Below, piece by piece: positions 22,701 to 31,183 of a DNA stretch of 64,000 nt (positions are counted from its first letter, which is position 1; the number at the start of each line of letters is the position of its first letter). Source of the stretch: Candidatus Eiseniibacteriota bacterium (GTDB lineage Bacteria > Orphanbacterota > Orphanbacteria > Orphanbacterales > Orphanbacteraceae); the NCBI GenBank assembly GCA_016930695.1, contig JAFGGD010000026.1:114904-178903 (forward strand), read 5' to 3'. The position numbers and the translations under genes were made by a program. The notes under the pieces are model-generated. The model was not told the origin of the DNA. It did no database searches and was given only the letters and a program-made list of their open reading frames with translations.

Positions 22701-24971
22701 CTCGTCGAGGCGCTCCGCCTCTCCGAGGACGGTCTCCGGATCGGTCGCCGGATCGTCAAGCCGATGCGGCTCGTCGACGGATTGAATCTGCTCGCGCTCT
22801 GTCACATCGCCCGGGAAGAACCGGATCGCGCGGAGGCGGTCCTCGCGGAGATCGAATCGCTCGCGCCGGGGGGATTGGGGGGGCGTCAGCTCGCCCTGAA
22901 CACGCGAACCCGGGGGAGGCTCGCCCGCCTGAGGGGAAGTTACGATGAGGCGGAAGTGCTTTTCGAGGAAGCGCTCCGCCTTTTCAAGTCGCAGAAGGCG
23001 AAACTCAACCTCGTTGAAACGCTTCTGATGATCGCGGCGTGCCGTCTGGATCGGGGAACGGGCCGCTCGCCTCTGGAGTCGCTCCGCTACGCCGAGCGCG
23101 CAATGAAACGGGAGGAGTATCCCCTGTTCGCCGTCCGGCTCCGTTTGTTGAAGGGGCGTTACGAGGAGAGCAGGGGACGGATCGCCGAGGCGGAAGCGCT
23201 CTACCGAGGGGTCGTGCGCGACGCCCGGCGGTTGGATCTCCGGATCGATCTGGCCGAGTCACTCGCACGACTGGGCGCCGTTTTCGCCGCGCAGGGGGCG
23301 AAGCGGCGGGCGAAGCGTCGTCTCGAGGAGGCGAAATCCCTTTACGACCGGATCCGTTTCGTCACTCCTCCTCCATTCCTCTCCCGTCTGCTGGCGAGCC
23401 TTCCCGGCCGGGAGGAAGCGCTCGGCGAAAGTTTTCAGACGATCTGCCGCATCTCGGAGGTGATCAATTCCCGGCGCGACGAGGAGCAGGTCCTCGCTTA
23501 TGTGTTGGATCAGGCGGTGGATTACCTTGGGGCGGAGAGGGGGCTGATTCTGCTGCGCGAGCCGGACGGTCGTCTCTTGCCGCGCAAGGCGCGTTCCCTG
23601 GAAGGAGAGAACCTGGCGGACGTGAGCCGATTCAGTCGCACCGTCTTCGGCATGGCGGAGCGATCCGAGGAGCCCTTCGTCACGGACAACGCCCTTCGAG
23701 ACGAGCGGTTCAGCGGCGCGGAGAGCGTGGCCTCCTTCAGCATTCTCTCCGTGATTTGCGCGCCCATCCGCTCCCGCGACCGGTTGATCGGAGCGATCTA
23801 CCTCGATCATCGCGAAACGGAGGGCGTCTTCTCGCCGCGCGACGTGAGGATCCTCGAAGCTCTCTCCCATCTCACCGGCATCGCGTTCGAGAACGCCCGC
23901 TACCGGCGCCTGTTGGAGAGCGAAAACGAGATGCTGCGCGAGGAGATCGACAGGCGGGAGCACGTCCACGACATCGTCACCGAGAGCCCGGTCATGAAAG
24001 GGATCCTCGACCGGCTTCGCCGGGCGGCGCGGGGGCGCATGCCGATTCTTCTCCTCGGGGAGACGGGCGTGGGGAAGAGCCTGATTGCCGGTTTCATCCA
24101 CGAAGAGAGCGACCGCCGGGACAAAGCCTTCCGCTCCCTCAACACGACGGCGATCCCGGAGACGCTCTTCGAGTCGGAGGTCTTCGGTAGCGAGCGGGGC
24201 GCCTTCTCCGGCGCGGATCAGCGCCGGATCGGGGCGTTCGAGCGGGCCGACGGGGGAACCCTCTTCCTGGACGAGATCGGCGGCATGAAAGTGGAGACCC
24301 AAAAGAAACTGCTTCGAGCCCTTCAAGACGGCACCTTCGAGAGACTGGGAGGAAGCGAAACGCTCCGGTCGGACGTCCGCCTCATCTCCGCCACCAACCA
24401 GGACCTCCAGTCGCTCATCGCCCGCGGCCTCTTTCGCAGCGATCTTCTTTACCGGATCAACGCGGAAACGGTGACGATTCCCCCTCTCCGGGAACGGCGG
24501 GAGGACATCATCCCCCTCGCGCGCGCTTTCCTGAAGAAGCACGCCCGGGAGAACCGCCGCCCGGTCCGCTCTATCTCCGACGAGGTCCTTTCCCTGTTTC
24601 TGTTCCACCATTGGCCGGGGAACGTGCGGGAGCTGGACTCCGCCATCGTGCGCGCCGTCTCCCTGTGCGACGGGGAACGGATCGAGGTGCGGGATCTGCC
24701 GGAGCACTTGAGCGCTCTCTTCCCGTCGATGGGGGCGGGTGGCTCGAGATCGAAGAAGCCGGAAGCCGATCTCGGGGCGGAGATGCGGGACATCGAGCGC
24801 GGCCGGGTTCTCGACGCGCTCCGCGGGAGCGATTGGAACAACACGGCCGCGGCGAAAAAGCTGGGCGTCCACGAATCCACGGTTCGGAAAAAGAGGAAGC
24901 AATACGGCCTCGATCGTTTCCGGCCGAAATCGTCTCCGCCGGACGACCCGTACGATCATACGAATCACTGA
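19788..24971 (+). CDS. Giant regulator: Ser/Thr protein kinase, STAND/AAA ATPase, TPR array, GAF, sigma-54 interaction AAA+ domain, Fis-type HTH
   Basis: Kinase motifs HGDLKPSNILF, DFL (DFG variant), GTLGYLAPE. Walker A GEKGWGKT. Long TPR-like helical region. GAF domain. Sigma-54 activator Walker A GETGVGKS, GAFSGA (GAFTGA variant), GGTLFLDEIG and R-finger region. C-terminal HTH AAKKLGVHESTVRKK. Confidence 0.85.
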   Translation: MSRRTPPRMPAGYRVESVLKSDGERVVAIAHPADGGDRVVLKVVGPRAEEMARVRFHDVIRLQGDLVHPGICPIINVGRTPDGGVFAVYPYVKTVDPAAWTAVDRKTRFPLVVRALSEPVAFLHEHGHVHGDLKPSNILFRAEEGEIRDLLLTDFLPPLFFRGDRLGTIAGTLGYLAPEAIRGNEPDHRSDLYSLGATLHEILTGSPLFTGSAEEVAWGHLSARPRVGAPREWNLPARWNEALERLLAKSPADRPQTARDFLADFFDEKPGSGRVTVVARPPLVGRDSLLEEMRDWSSLDDRPCLALRGEKGWGKTRLLREFSLQLRLDGEKVAFLSVPEAVCDRPYEGARLLLAAISADPLRWDLGRIASSPRRSGTAGSSGELSLFRAIYRIWEERIAGFADRGGKPILVIVDNLDHFDDSSLRFFRFLLDRDGPPPVRFLASIGSVESPQLSSLLDRFEERGLLRTLMLEVLSDSDVEEWIRGVLGNGKVDPGLTREAVRRSGGVPARLEGLARRWIARGRVRRKYGSFTLSETPAPGDDAGAGEESAVGLDPAGLPPRAALLAAAVALSPIAGDAPFYRRLLGVPEEDWPVLVNALVGRGWIRIDPDPAGDRYSLKDEAFRPALAGMISADTRTKLHRAAARLRAEEEKRGVEGASLIVAHHLAGAGSFAAARRKLMKAAEGMERLFLFRDAARLYRRASAVDPGSIAPGERAKLLLRLAETRFRAGETRGARAAARLLLAWGRDRGIDRSTIIRAGLLDAWIFCNQGNPGRAEKKLRALLSPPEGLSPRDRAAILRDLGWALLDQNRKEEAGRALRSGLEALKGTRERVLKGQIFNRLGAIAYNGHDWARAITFYRRAVRVLEGTAPGEAVPPLSNLALIYYWTGRLRDARESMERTLRIARETGNLIEEARISEDLARVFARLGRWEEAGRLFHEAFVTFREYGESAHEATTLLSMGHAARERGRLVEALRLSEDGLRIGRRIVKPMRLVDGLNLLALCHIAREEPDRAEAVLAEIESLAPGGLGGRQLALNTRTRGRLARLRGSYDEAEVLFEEALRLFKSQKAKLNLVETLLMIAACRLDRGTGRSPLESLRYAERAMKREEYPLFAVRLRLLKGRYEESRGRIAEAEALYRGVVRDARRLDLRIDLAESLARLGAVFAAQGAKRRAKRRLEEAKSLYDRIRFVTPPPFLSRLLASLPGREEALGESFQTICRISEVINSRRDEEQVLAYVLDQAVDYLGAERGLILLREPDGRLLPRKARSLEGENLADVSRFSRTVFGMAERSEEPFVTDNALRDERFSGAESVASFSILSVICAPIRSRDRLIGAIYLDHRETEGVFSPRDVRILEALSHLTGIAFENARYRRLLESENEMLREEIDRREHVHDIVTESPVMKGILDRLRRAARGRMPILLLGETGVGKSLIAGFIHEESDRRDKAFRSLNTTAIPETLFESEVFGSERGAFSGADQRRIGAFERADGGTLFLDEIGGMKVETQKKLLRALQDGTFERLGGSETLRSDVRLISATNQDLQSLIARGLFRSDLLYRINAETVTIPPLRERREDIIPLARAFLKKHARENRRPVRSISDEVLSLFLFHHWPGNVRELDSAIVRAVSLCDGERIEVRDLPEHLSALFPSMGAGGSRSKKPEADLGAEMRDIERGRVLDALRGSDWNNTAAAKKLGVHESTVRKKRKQYGLDRFRPKSSPPDDPYDHTNH

Positions 24972-25086
24972 CAGATTGACCATCCGCCCGCCACGCTCCC
25001 CGCGATCGTACTTACACTCTGATTCCTATGGAGATAGGGTCGCGGATCGGCCCGCGATGCCCCGATAAATTCGTACGCCCGTACGC

Positions 25087-25129
25087 CCGATTCCCCGGCG
25101 CCCGAATCGCACCCCCCGCTTTTTTTTAT
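25087..25129 (+). terminator. Possible terminator: short hairpin followed by a T8 run
   Basis: CGATTC...GAATCG stem, then CACCCCCCGC and TTTTTTTT. The T8 run is striking in a genome at about 70% GC. Geometry is not canonical. Confidence 0.25.
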
Positions 25130-25253
25130 TCCTCGTGAAGACAAGAGGTTGCTCGGTCATCGCGACGCCCGCGCCGCACGATCCTTGCCATGACGTTCCT
25201 TCGTGCTCGTCGTGTCTGTGAAGAACCGCGGACAAAACAGGAGGTTGTCGATC

Positions 25254-25472
25254 ATGAAGAGCCGCGCCCGATTTTCCGCAACGACGATGTTGATCGCGCT
25301 TTTCGCCTTTCTCTTCCTCTTTCTTCCGCAGATCCGTTTGGAGACGCCAGGGCAAGTTGGGGGGGGGCCTGCTATCGGGGTGATTCACGCCTATGCCGAC
25401 TCGGCGGACACCCTGCATAGCCCTCCCAACCCCTGGCCGCTTCCGGACGATCCGGACGATCCGCACCCCTAA
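25254..25472 (+). CDS. Small secreted or membrane-anchored protein (72 aa)
   Basis: AGGAGG SD before the ATG. Signal-like hydrophobic segment MLIALFAFLFLFLP. Pro/Asp-rich tail. Confidence 0.3.
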   Translation: MKSRARFSATTMLIALFAFLFLFLPQIRLETPGQVGGGPAIGVIHAYADSADTLHSPPNPWPLPDDPDDPHP

Positions 25473-25486
25473 GCAAGGAGAAGGAC

Positions 25487-26068
25487 ATGCCGTCGAAGAC
25501 GACAAGGTGCTTTGCAACCGGTAGGTGGTCTTGGGGGGGGAGCGGACACGTCCGCTCCTTACCCCTCGGAGGATTCAGGGACGATGCACTCGAAGCGTCG
25601 GTCCGGAACCTCCGTCGCTCCCTCGATTGCCGCGCGAACGTACTCATCACCGGAGACGTGGCGGCGGCGCGCGGTTTTTTCCGCGCCCGGCTCTCCTCGT
25701 CGCTTCGGGAAATCGGATGGCGGGATCTCAACAGAGAAGGACCGGCCATTCTCTTCTCTTCCCGCGCGGATCCGGAAGAGACGGTCTTCTTGGACAGGAT
25801 CGAGCGCCTCGACAGCTGGGTGCGCGCGGCACTTCTGGATCTGCTCGAAGCGGAGAACCACGGCGGGCAAGGGGTCGTTCCCCGGCTGATCAGCGGATGC
25901 TATCGGGAATCCGTTCGATCGCTCGGGGAGGCGTGTTTAGAGCGCGCCCTCTTCTATCGGTTGGGGGCGATCACCGTCCACGTTCCTTTCCGAAAGAGAG
26001 AGATTCTGCGGCGGTTTTTCGAAGACGAGGACCGAGCACTCGTCGCGCCGGGCGCGATTCGCGGTTGA
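25487..26068 (+). CDS. Degenerate sigma-54-activator-like AAA+ domain protein; Walker A and GAFTGA lost
   Basis: Aligns by eye to NtrC-type central domains (NVLITGDVAAARGF vs SVLITGESGTGKE; ALFYRLGAITVHVPFRKRE vs DLYYRLNVIxIxLPPLRER), but the P-loop lysine and sigma-54 contact loop are absent. AAGGAGAAGG SD. Confidence 0.5.
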   Translation: MPSKTTRCFATGRWSWGGSGHVRSLPLGGFRDDALEASVRNLRRSLDCRANVLITGDVAAARGFFRARLSSSLREIGWRDLNREGPAILFSSRADPEETVFLDRIERLDSWVRAALLDLLEAENHGGQGVVPRLISGCYRESVRSLGEACLERALFYRLGAITVHVPFRKREILRRFFEDEDRALVAPGAIRG

Positions 26069-26262
26069 CGCCTGAAAATCGGGGGCGGGAGAGCGAGGGC
26101 GCGGACCCGGCGGTGCGACACGCCTGCGTAGCGCCCCGCGCCCGCCCCCTCCGGGGGGGAAGGGCGACGGGGCGGACGAAACCATACGGACACCGAGGGA
26201 GCGGGAATGGGGGACGCGGGGGACACCGGAGCGCCACGGCGCTCCTAAAGGAGAACGGACCG

Positions 26263-27267
26263 GTGGGACCTGACGCGAACCTTTCGAGGAGCGAGAGCGG
26301 AGCCCGGCTCGAGGAGAAGCGGGGGCGCGACACGGAGAGGGACGAGAGGCCGCCCACGGGAGAGGCCGAGCGGCTGCGAAACGAGCTGGAGGAAACCCGG
26401 CGGACCGAGCGGAGGCTGCGGCGGCACAATCACGCATGGAGGCTTCTTTACAGAAAAAAGAAGGAAGACCTTCTCCTCGTCCGCGCGAGGCTGGAAGAGC
26501 TTCGCCGGCTGAGGAACGACTTTCTCACCTCCGTCTCCCACGAGCTTCGAACGCCGCTCACGTCGATCCTCTCCTCATCGGAGTATCTCCTTAACGGAGA
26601 CGAGCCGCCGCCGAAGAGCCGGCATTGCCTGGAAATGATCCGAACGGAAGGGGAGCGGCTGAACCGGATTATCGACGAGATTTTCGAGATCACCCGGCTG
26701 GGGGGCGAAGACTTGGAGTGGCGGGACGAGACGATCGACATGGGCCGGTTCGTTCGCGGGATCGTGGAGAAGGATCTGGACAAGGAGGGGGGGGACGGGG
26801 CGGCCCTTCGGGTGGAGATCGAGTCGAACGTGCCCCGGGCGCGCGCAGACGCCAAGCGATTGGAGGCCGTGCTCCGGTATCTGCTCACGAGGGTCCGGCG
26901 CGTCTTTTCGGGAGGCGGAGAGGTGAGGATCGTCGTGGGGCGCATGCTGTGGGAGCGCGGCGGAGAGTCGCGTCCGTGGGTCCGGGTGGTGATCGGGAAT
27001 GAAGGGTGGGGCGCTTCGGCGGAAGGGGAATACCGGCCGGACGTCGTGTCCATGGAGGAGAGGGGGGAGGAGGGATGGGGGCTCTCCGTCTGTCGTGACG
27101 TGATCACCCACTACGGCGGCGACCTCTGGTTCGAGAAGGCGGAGGGGAGCGCCGGGCGCGTCGTCTTCACCCTGCCCGCGGTGGGGGAGCCGCTGCCGAA
27201 CCGCGACCGGGCGGAAAGGGACCGGAGCTCCGGCGCCGTGGAAGGGGCCGTGCGCCCCCGCCGTTAA
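26263..27267 (+). CDS. Soluble histidine kinase (coiled-coil, HisKA, HATPase)
   Basis: GTG start after AAAGGAGA. H-box SHELRTPLTSI. HATPase G-box region GWGLSVCRDVITHYGGDLW. The upstream part of the long ORF in this frame is Arg-rich junk overlapping the previous gene. Confidence 0.75.
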   Translation: MGPDANLSRSESGARLEEKRGRDTERDERPPTGEAERLRNELEETRRTERRLRRHNHAWRLLYRKKKEDLLLVRARLEELRRLRNDFLTSVSHELRTPLTSILSSSEYLLNGDEPPPKSRHCLEMIRTEGERLNRIIDEIFEITRLGGEDLEWRDETIDMGRFVRGIVEKDLDKEGGDGAALRVEIESNVPRARADAKRLEAVLRYLLTRVRRVFSGGGEVRIVVGRMLWERGGESRPWVRVVIGNEGWGASAEGEYRPDVVSMEERGEEGWGLSVCRDVITHYGGDLWFEKAEGSAGRVVFTLPAVGEPLPNRDRAERDRSSGAVEGAVRPRR

Positions 27268-28844
27268 GAGGCGCCGCGGGCGGTTTTACCGAATCCCTCC
27301 GCGCCGCCTCCGGCCTCCCACGGGCGGTTCTCCCTCTCCTCGATTCGGTAGACCCGGGCGATCCGGTTCGGATTCCGCCGCGGATTCATTCGGTGAATGA
27401 TTCGATCCGCCAGGCTCGGCGTGACCTTTTTCTCCAGCGCCAGCCGCTTTCCGAAGGCGCGACCGAAACGCTCCACCCGCTCGTCGATTCGATCCCCGCC
27501 GTGGAAGACGATGTAATTGGGGAAGGGGAAACGGTCCCGGTTCGCGTCGATCTCCTCCCGGAGCTTCTCCTCGCTTTTTCCGACCGGATAGTTGTATAGC
27601 GGGTGGCGAAAGTCGTCGAGATAGAAGCGCGCCGCGAGCGGCGGCGCGTCCCGATCGGACTCCCAAATCAGGCCGGCCAGGTCCCCTTTTCTCGCGATCG
27701 TCACCATCGGCTCCACGGCGCTCTTCTTGGAGAAAGTGAAGGTGAGCGTCAGGAGAAGGGCCAGGTTGAGCGTCCAAAACCACGCGGTGAGGCTTGTGCG
27801 GAGCGGGTGGAGCCGCCCGCGAAGGCCGAACCGCTCTTCGATGGCGTCCCAACCGGCGGCGCCGAGCAGGAGGAGGAAGGGGAGCGCCGGGAGGATGAAG
27901 CGCTCCTGCTTGCTCGGGAATAAGGAGTGGAAGAAAAGGAAGAGGAAGACCGGCCAGAAGAGGAGCGAAGAACGCCGCCACATCCGGAGAAAACCGGCGA
28001 CGAGGAGCGCGCTCACCGGCGGAATCAGCGCGGCGAGCACGAGGAGGATGTACCGGTACCAGGGACCGACGATGTAGTCGTGCCGGTGCGCGAGGTTGTA
28101 CGCGATGTACATGTGAAGCGAAGCGAAGGGGTATCCCCAGGCGATGTGATCGATCAGACCGGTCGTGATTCCGACCGCGCCGATCGCGCCGGCGGCGTAG
28201 CCGAGAAAGAGGCGCCCCTCGCGGCGCAGAGCGAGAACGAGCCCCACCGGCCCGGCGATGAGCGCCGTCTGATAACGGATCGTGAAGGCGAGGCCGAACC
28301 ACAGGCCCGCCGCGATTCCGTTTCGCAGGGGGCGCTCTTCCCGGCCGGTGAGTAGGCGGTCGAATCCGACGAGGAGCGCCGGAACGCACGCGAATTCGAT
28401 CAGGTTGCGCACGGACATGAAGGGCATCAGCCAGAAGAGAGCGAGGAGGATTCCGGCGCGGCGGGCGACGGCGGGCCCGGCGATCCGTAACGCGATCCTA
28501 TATCCATAAAGCATAGCGAGCATGGACCAGGCGGCGTGCAGCAGCCGGACCACCAACATCTTCGCTTGGGGATCGTCGATCCGGGCCGCCTCGAGGCCGC
28601 GAAAGAGAAGATAGTGAAGGCCCGGATAGACGAGGTTGCGATTCATCGGTTCGCCCAGATCGAACCAGTTTCCGCCGGGCGTGCGGTCCACCCAACGCTG
28701 GGCGATCTCGATCACCTGGAAATGGTCGTCCGACATGGCGTAGCCGGCGGAGAAAATCGCCGCCGCGAGCCGGAAGAGGGCGGCGGCGGCGAGGATCACG
28801 AGGAGCGGTCTTTTGTTCCAGAGCGCGCGCAATCGTTTCATCAT
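27264..28844 (-). CDS. GT-C superfamily membrane glycosyltransferase (ArnT/PMT/Alg9-like)
   Basis: 526-aa polytopic protein. N-terminal acidic loop motif after TM1 (MSDDHFQVIEIAQRW) typical of GT-C enzymes. About 11 helices. Confidence 0.55.
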   Translation of the reverse strand: MMKRLRALWNKRPLLVILAAAALFRLAAAIFSAGYAMSDDHFQVIEIAQRWVDRTPGGNWFDLGEPMNRNLVYPGLHYLLFRGLEAARIDDPQAKMLVVRLLHAAWSMLAMLYGYRIALRIAGPAVARRAGILLALFWLMPFMSVRNLIEFACVPALLVGFDRLLTGREERPLRNGIAAGLWFGLAFTIRYQTALIAGPVGLVLALRREGRLFLGYAAGAIGAVGITTGLIDHIAWGYPFASLHMYIAYNLAHRHDYIVGPWYRYILLVLAALIPPVSALLVAGFLRMWRRSSLLFWPVFLFLFFHSLFPSKQERFILPALPFLLLLGAAGWDAIEERFGLRGRLHPLRTSLTAWFWTLNLALLLTLTFTFSKKSAVEPMVTIARKGDLAGLIWESDRDAPPLAARFYLDDFRHPLYNYPVGKSEEKLREEIDANRDRFPFPNYIVFHGGDRIDERVERFGRAFGKRLALEKKVTPSLADRIIHRMNPRRNPNRIARVYRIEERENRPWEAGGGAEGFGKTARGAS

Positions 28845-28963
28845 CGGACGATCCTATCGCAGAGGAGCGCGCCCCTCAAGCGGGGAGGGTGGGGAGAGAA
28901 AGAAAGCGCCCCGGAGGCGGGTTCCCCCCGGGGCGCGTCGTTCGCGCGGATCGCGGGCGCCGA

Positions 28964-31000
28964 TCAACCGCCGCGGATGAGTGCGATCAGGATCGGCAGA
29001 AGGATCAGGAAGATCCCCATCAGGCTCTCGCCGGCGATCACCCCCGAGGCGACCGGGAAGGTGTAGAGCGCGTCCCGCTTCGGCCATTTTTTCTTCACGA
29101 TGTAAGCGACCACGCCGCCGAGGAACATCGAGAACCCGTAGTAAAAATGGAAGGTGAAGGCGAGGCCGAGCCCCATCGGCGAGGGGATCCACATATGGTG
29201 TTTCGAGGGGACGAGCCGGGTGAGCACCACGAGCAGGATCCCGAGGAGGCCGCCGATGACGAGCGCCGCCTGGGCGGTCGGGTGGAGCGCCCCGAGTCCC
29301 TGGGAGAGAAGGCGCGCCACCGAGGACCAGACCATGGCGGCCGGCGCGGGCCACTGGTCCGTGCCGAGAGCGGAGGCCTGCGGCACGAGCAGGTAGAACA
29401 CGGGGACCGTTACCGCCGTGCCGATGAAGATCCCGGCGAACTGCGCGAGGAACTGTTTCCTCGGGTTGGCGCCGAGCACGTAGCCGCTCTTCAGGTCGAT
29501 CAGCAGGTCCGAGGCGCTGTCCGCCACGCCGGCGGTGATGCAGGCCGCCATCAGGTTGATGTTCATCGTCTGCTGCGGCGCGTTGATGCGGAGCGATTTG
29601 GGGGTGATGGCGCCGTACATCAGCTGCGTCACTTTCCCCATGGCGCCCACGGGAGTCGTGTCCGTCTCGCCGGCGACCCGGCAGGCGACGAGGGCGAGGA
29701 AGAAGGAGAGAACGATCGCCAGGATCCCCATCCAGACCGGCATGCCGAAAACGAGGTAGGCGACGATGACGACGCCGATCCCGCCGACGAGCCCTCCGCC
29801 GGCGAACCAGGAGGAGGGAACCTCGATCTTCTCCATCGCCTCCTCTTCCTCGGTGAGCGCTTTGCGGCTCGACCGGGGCTTGAAGATGGCGGTGATGCCG
29901 CTGAGGGCGCGGCCGACGGCGCGCCACTGGAAGGCGAAGGCCAGAAGCCCGCTGGTCACCATGCAGGAAGCGCCCCCCCAGAGGGACCAGGAGACCATGG
30001 TGCGATAGTTCAGCGCCTCGATGACCCCCAGGTTGTGCATCCAGGGAACGAGAACGGCCCAGCAGAGAACGGAGCCGATCATGACGCTCGTCGCCACGCG
30101 GATTCCCATCAGTGCGCCGCCCGCCACCAGCAGGAGGCTTCCCTCCATGCCGACGGTGTACTGGAAGGCGCGCTCGCCGAAGATCGGGTAGGCGTAGCGG
30201 ATCAGAACGAACTCCCGGGTCATCACGCCGATCTCCCGGAACATCTCGAAGCCCTCGCGGAGGAAGGCGACCGTCGCGCCGATCCCGCCGGCGATGAAAA
30301 GGGAGCGCGCGCTCTTTTCCCCCTCCTCGGCGCTCGTCACCGTCCCCTCCACGTCCGCGAGTTCCTCGAGCGCCGCTTCTTCCGCCGATTTCTTGGGGGC
30401 CCCCTCCTTTTCGGCGGGGGTCTCCTCCGCGGACTCCAACAGGGGACCCTCCAGCGCCGGCTTGTGGTCGATGTCGCTGTGGAGGCTGCGAAGGGTCATG
30501 GCGGCCGCGATCCCCGAGGGGAAGCGGAGGCGCTCGACGTTGATCATCTGCCGCTTCATCGGGATGGCGAGGGTGACGCCGAGCACGGCGAGGAAGAAGA
30601 TCCACGCCGTCAACCAGCCGTAGGGAATGTGCTCCCCCGTCACCAGAAGGTAGGCGGCGATCGCCGAGACGAGCGTGCCGCCGGTGGAGTAACCCGCCGA
30701 CGACGCGGTGGACTGCATGGCGTTGTTCTCGAGCACCGACATGTCCGATTTCACGATCCCCAGCTTGCGGAAGGTCTTCCAGATCGCGAAGCTGAGCACG
30801 CAGGCGGTGATCGCCACGCCGAATCCCCAACCGGTTTTCAGGCCGATGTACAGGTTGGTGAGGGAGAGGACGGCGCCGAGGCAACCGCCCATAATGACCG
30901 CCCGCCATGTGAGCTGGGGCATGTCGCCCCGGTAGTGATCACGGAACCACTGTCGTTCCAGCTCCTCCGGCGACGGTCGATGTGTCTGGGATGAGGCCAT
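28964..31000 (-). CDS. OPT family oligopeptide transporter
   Basis: About 678-aa polytopic protein. N-terminal cytoplasmic segment then the OPT-like pattern LTWRAVIMGGCLGAVLSLTNLYIGLKTGWGFG. Start chosen at MASSQ with AAAGGA SD. Confidence 0.8.
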   Translation of the reverse strand: MASSQTHRPSPEELERQWFRDHYRGDMPQLTWRAVIMGGCLGAVLSLTNLYIGLKTGWGFGVAITACVLSFAIWKTFRKLGIVKSDMSVLENNAMQSTASSAGYSTGGTLVSAIAAYLLVTGEHIPYGWLTAWIFFLAVLGVTLAIPMKRQMINVERLRFPSGIAAAMTLRSLHSDIDHKPALEGPLLESAEETPAEKEGAPKKSAEEAALEELADVEGTVTSAEEGEKSARSLFIAGGIGATVAFLREGFEMFREIGVMTREFVLIRYAYPIFGERAFQYTVGMEGSLLLVAGGALMGIRVATSVMIGSVLCWAVLVPWMHNLGVIEALNYRTMVSWSLWGGASCMVTSGLLAFAFQWRAVGRALSGITAIFKPRSSRKALTEEEEAMEKIEVPSSWFAGGGLVGGIGVVIVAYLVFGMPVWMGILAIVLSFFLALVACRVAGETDTTPVGAMGKVTQLMYGAITPKSLRINAPQQTMNINLMAACITAGVADSASDLLIDLKSGYVLGANPRKQFLAQFAGIFIGTAVTVPVFYLLVPQASALGTDQWPAPAAMVWSSVARLLSQGLGALHPTAQAALVIGGLLGILLVVLTRLVPSKHHMWIPSPMGLGLAFTFHFYYGFSMFLGGVVAYIVKKKWPKRDALYTFPVASGVIAGESLMGIFLILLPILIALIRGG

Positions 31001-31183
31001 GACCGGTTCCTTTCTCGGGTGCGTGTGTACGGGTGCGCGAGACACGAGCATAACGCGGCGCTCCGCCGGTGGCAATCACCGGGACCGCCGCCGATTCCGG
31101 TTGGACCGTCCGCCCGGAAAGGGGAAAATAGGCCTGTGGATCGATCGGGCCGATCCCGGCCCGAGCCCGGAGAGGAGGGACTC

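Noticed and set aside
28854-30994. 684-aa minus and 701-aa plus ORFs overlapping the OPT transporter gene
   Set aside because: Alternative-frame and antisense artefacts. Only the 28964-31000 frame gives a polytopic membrane protein.
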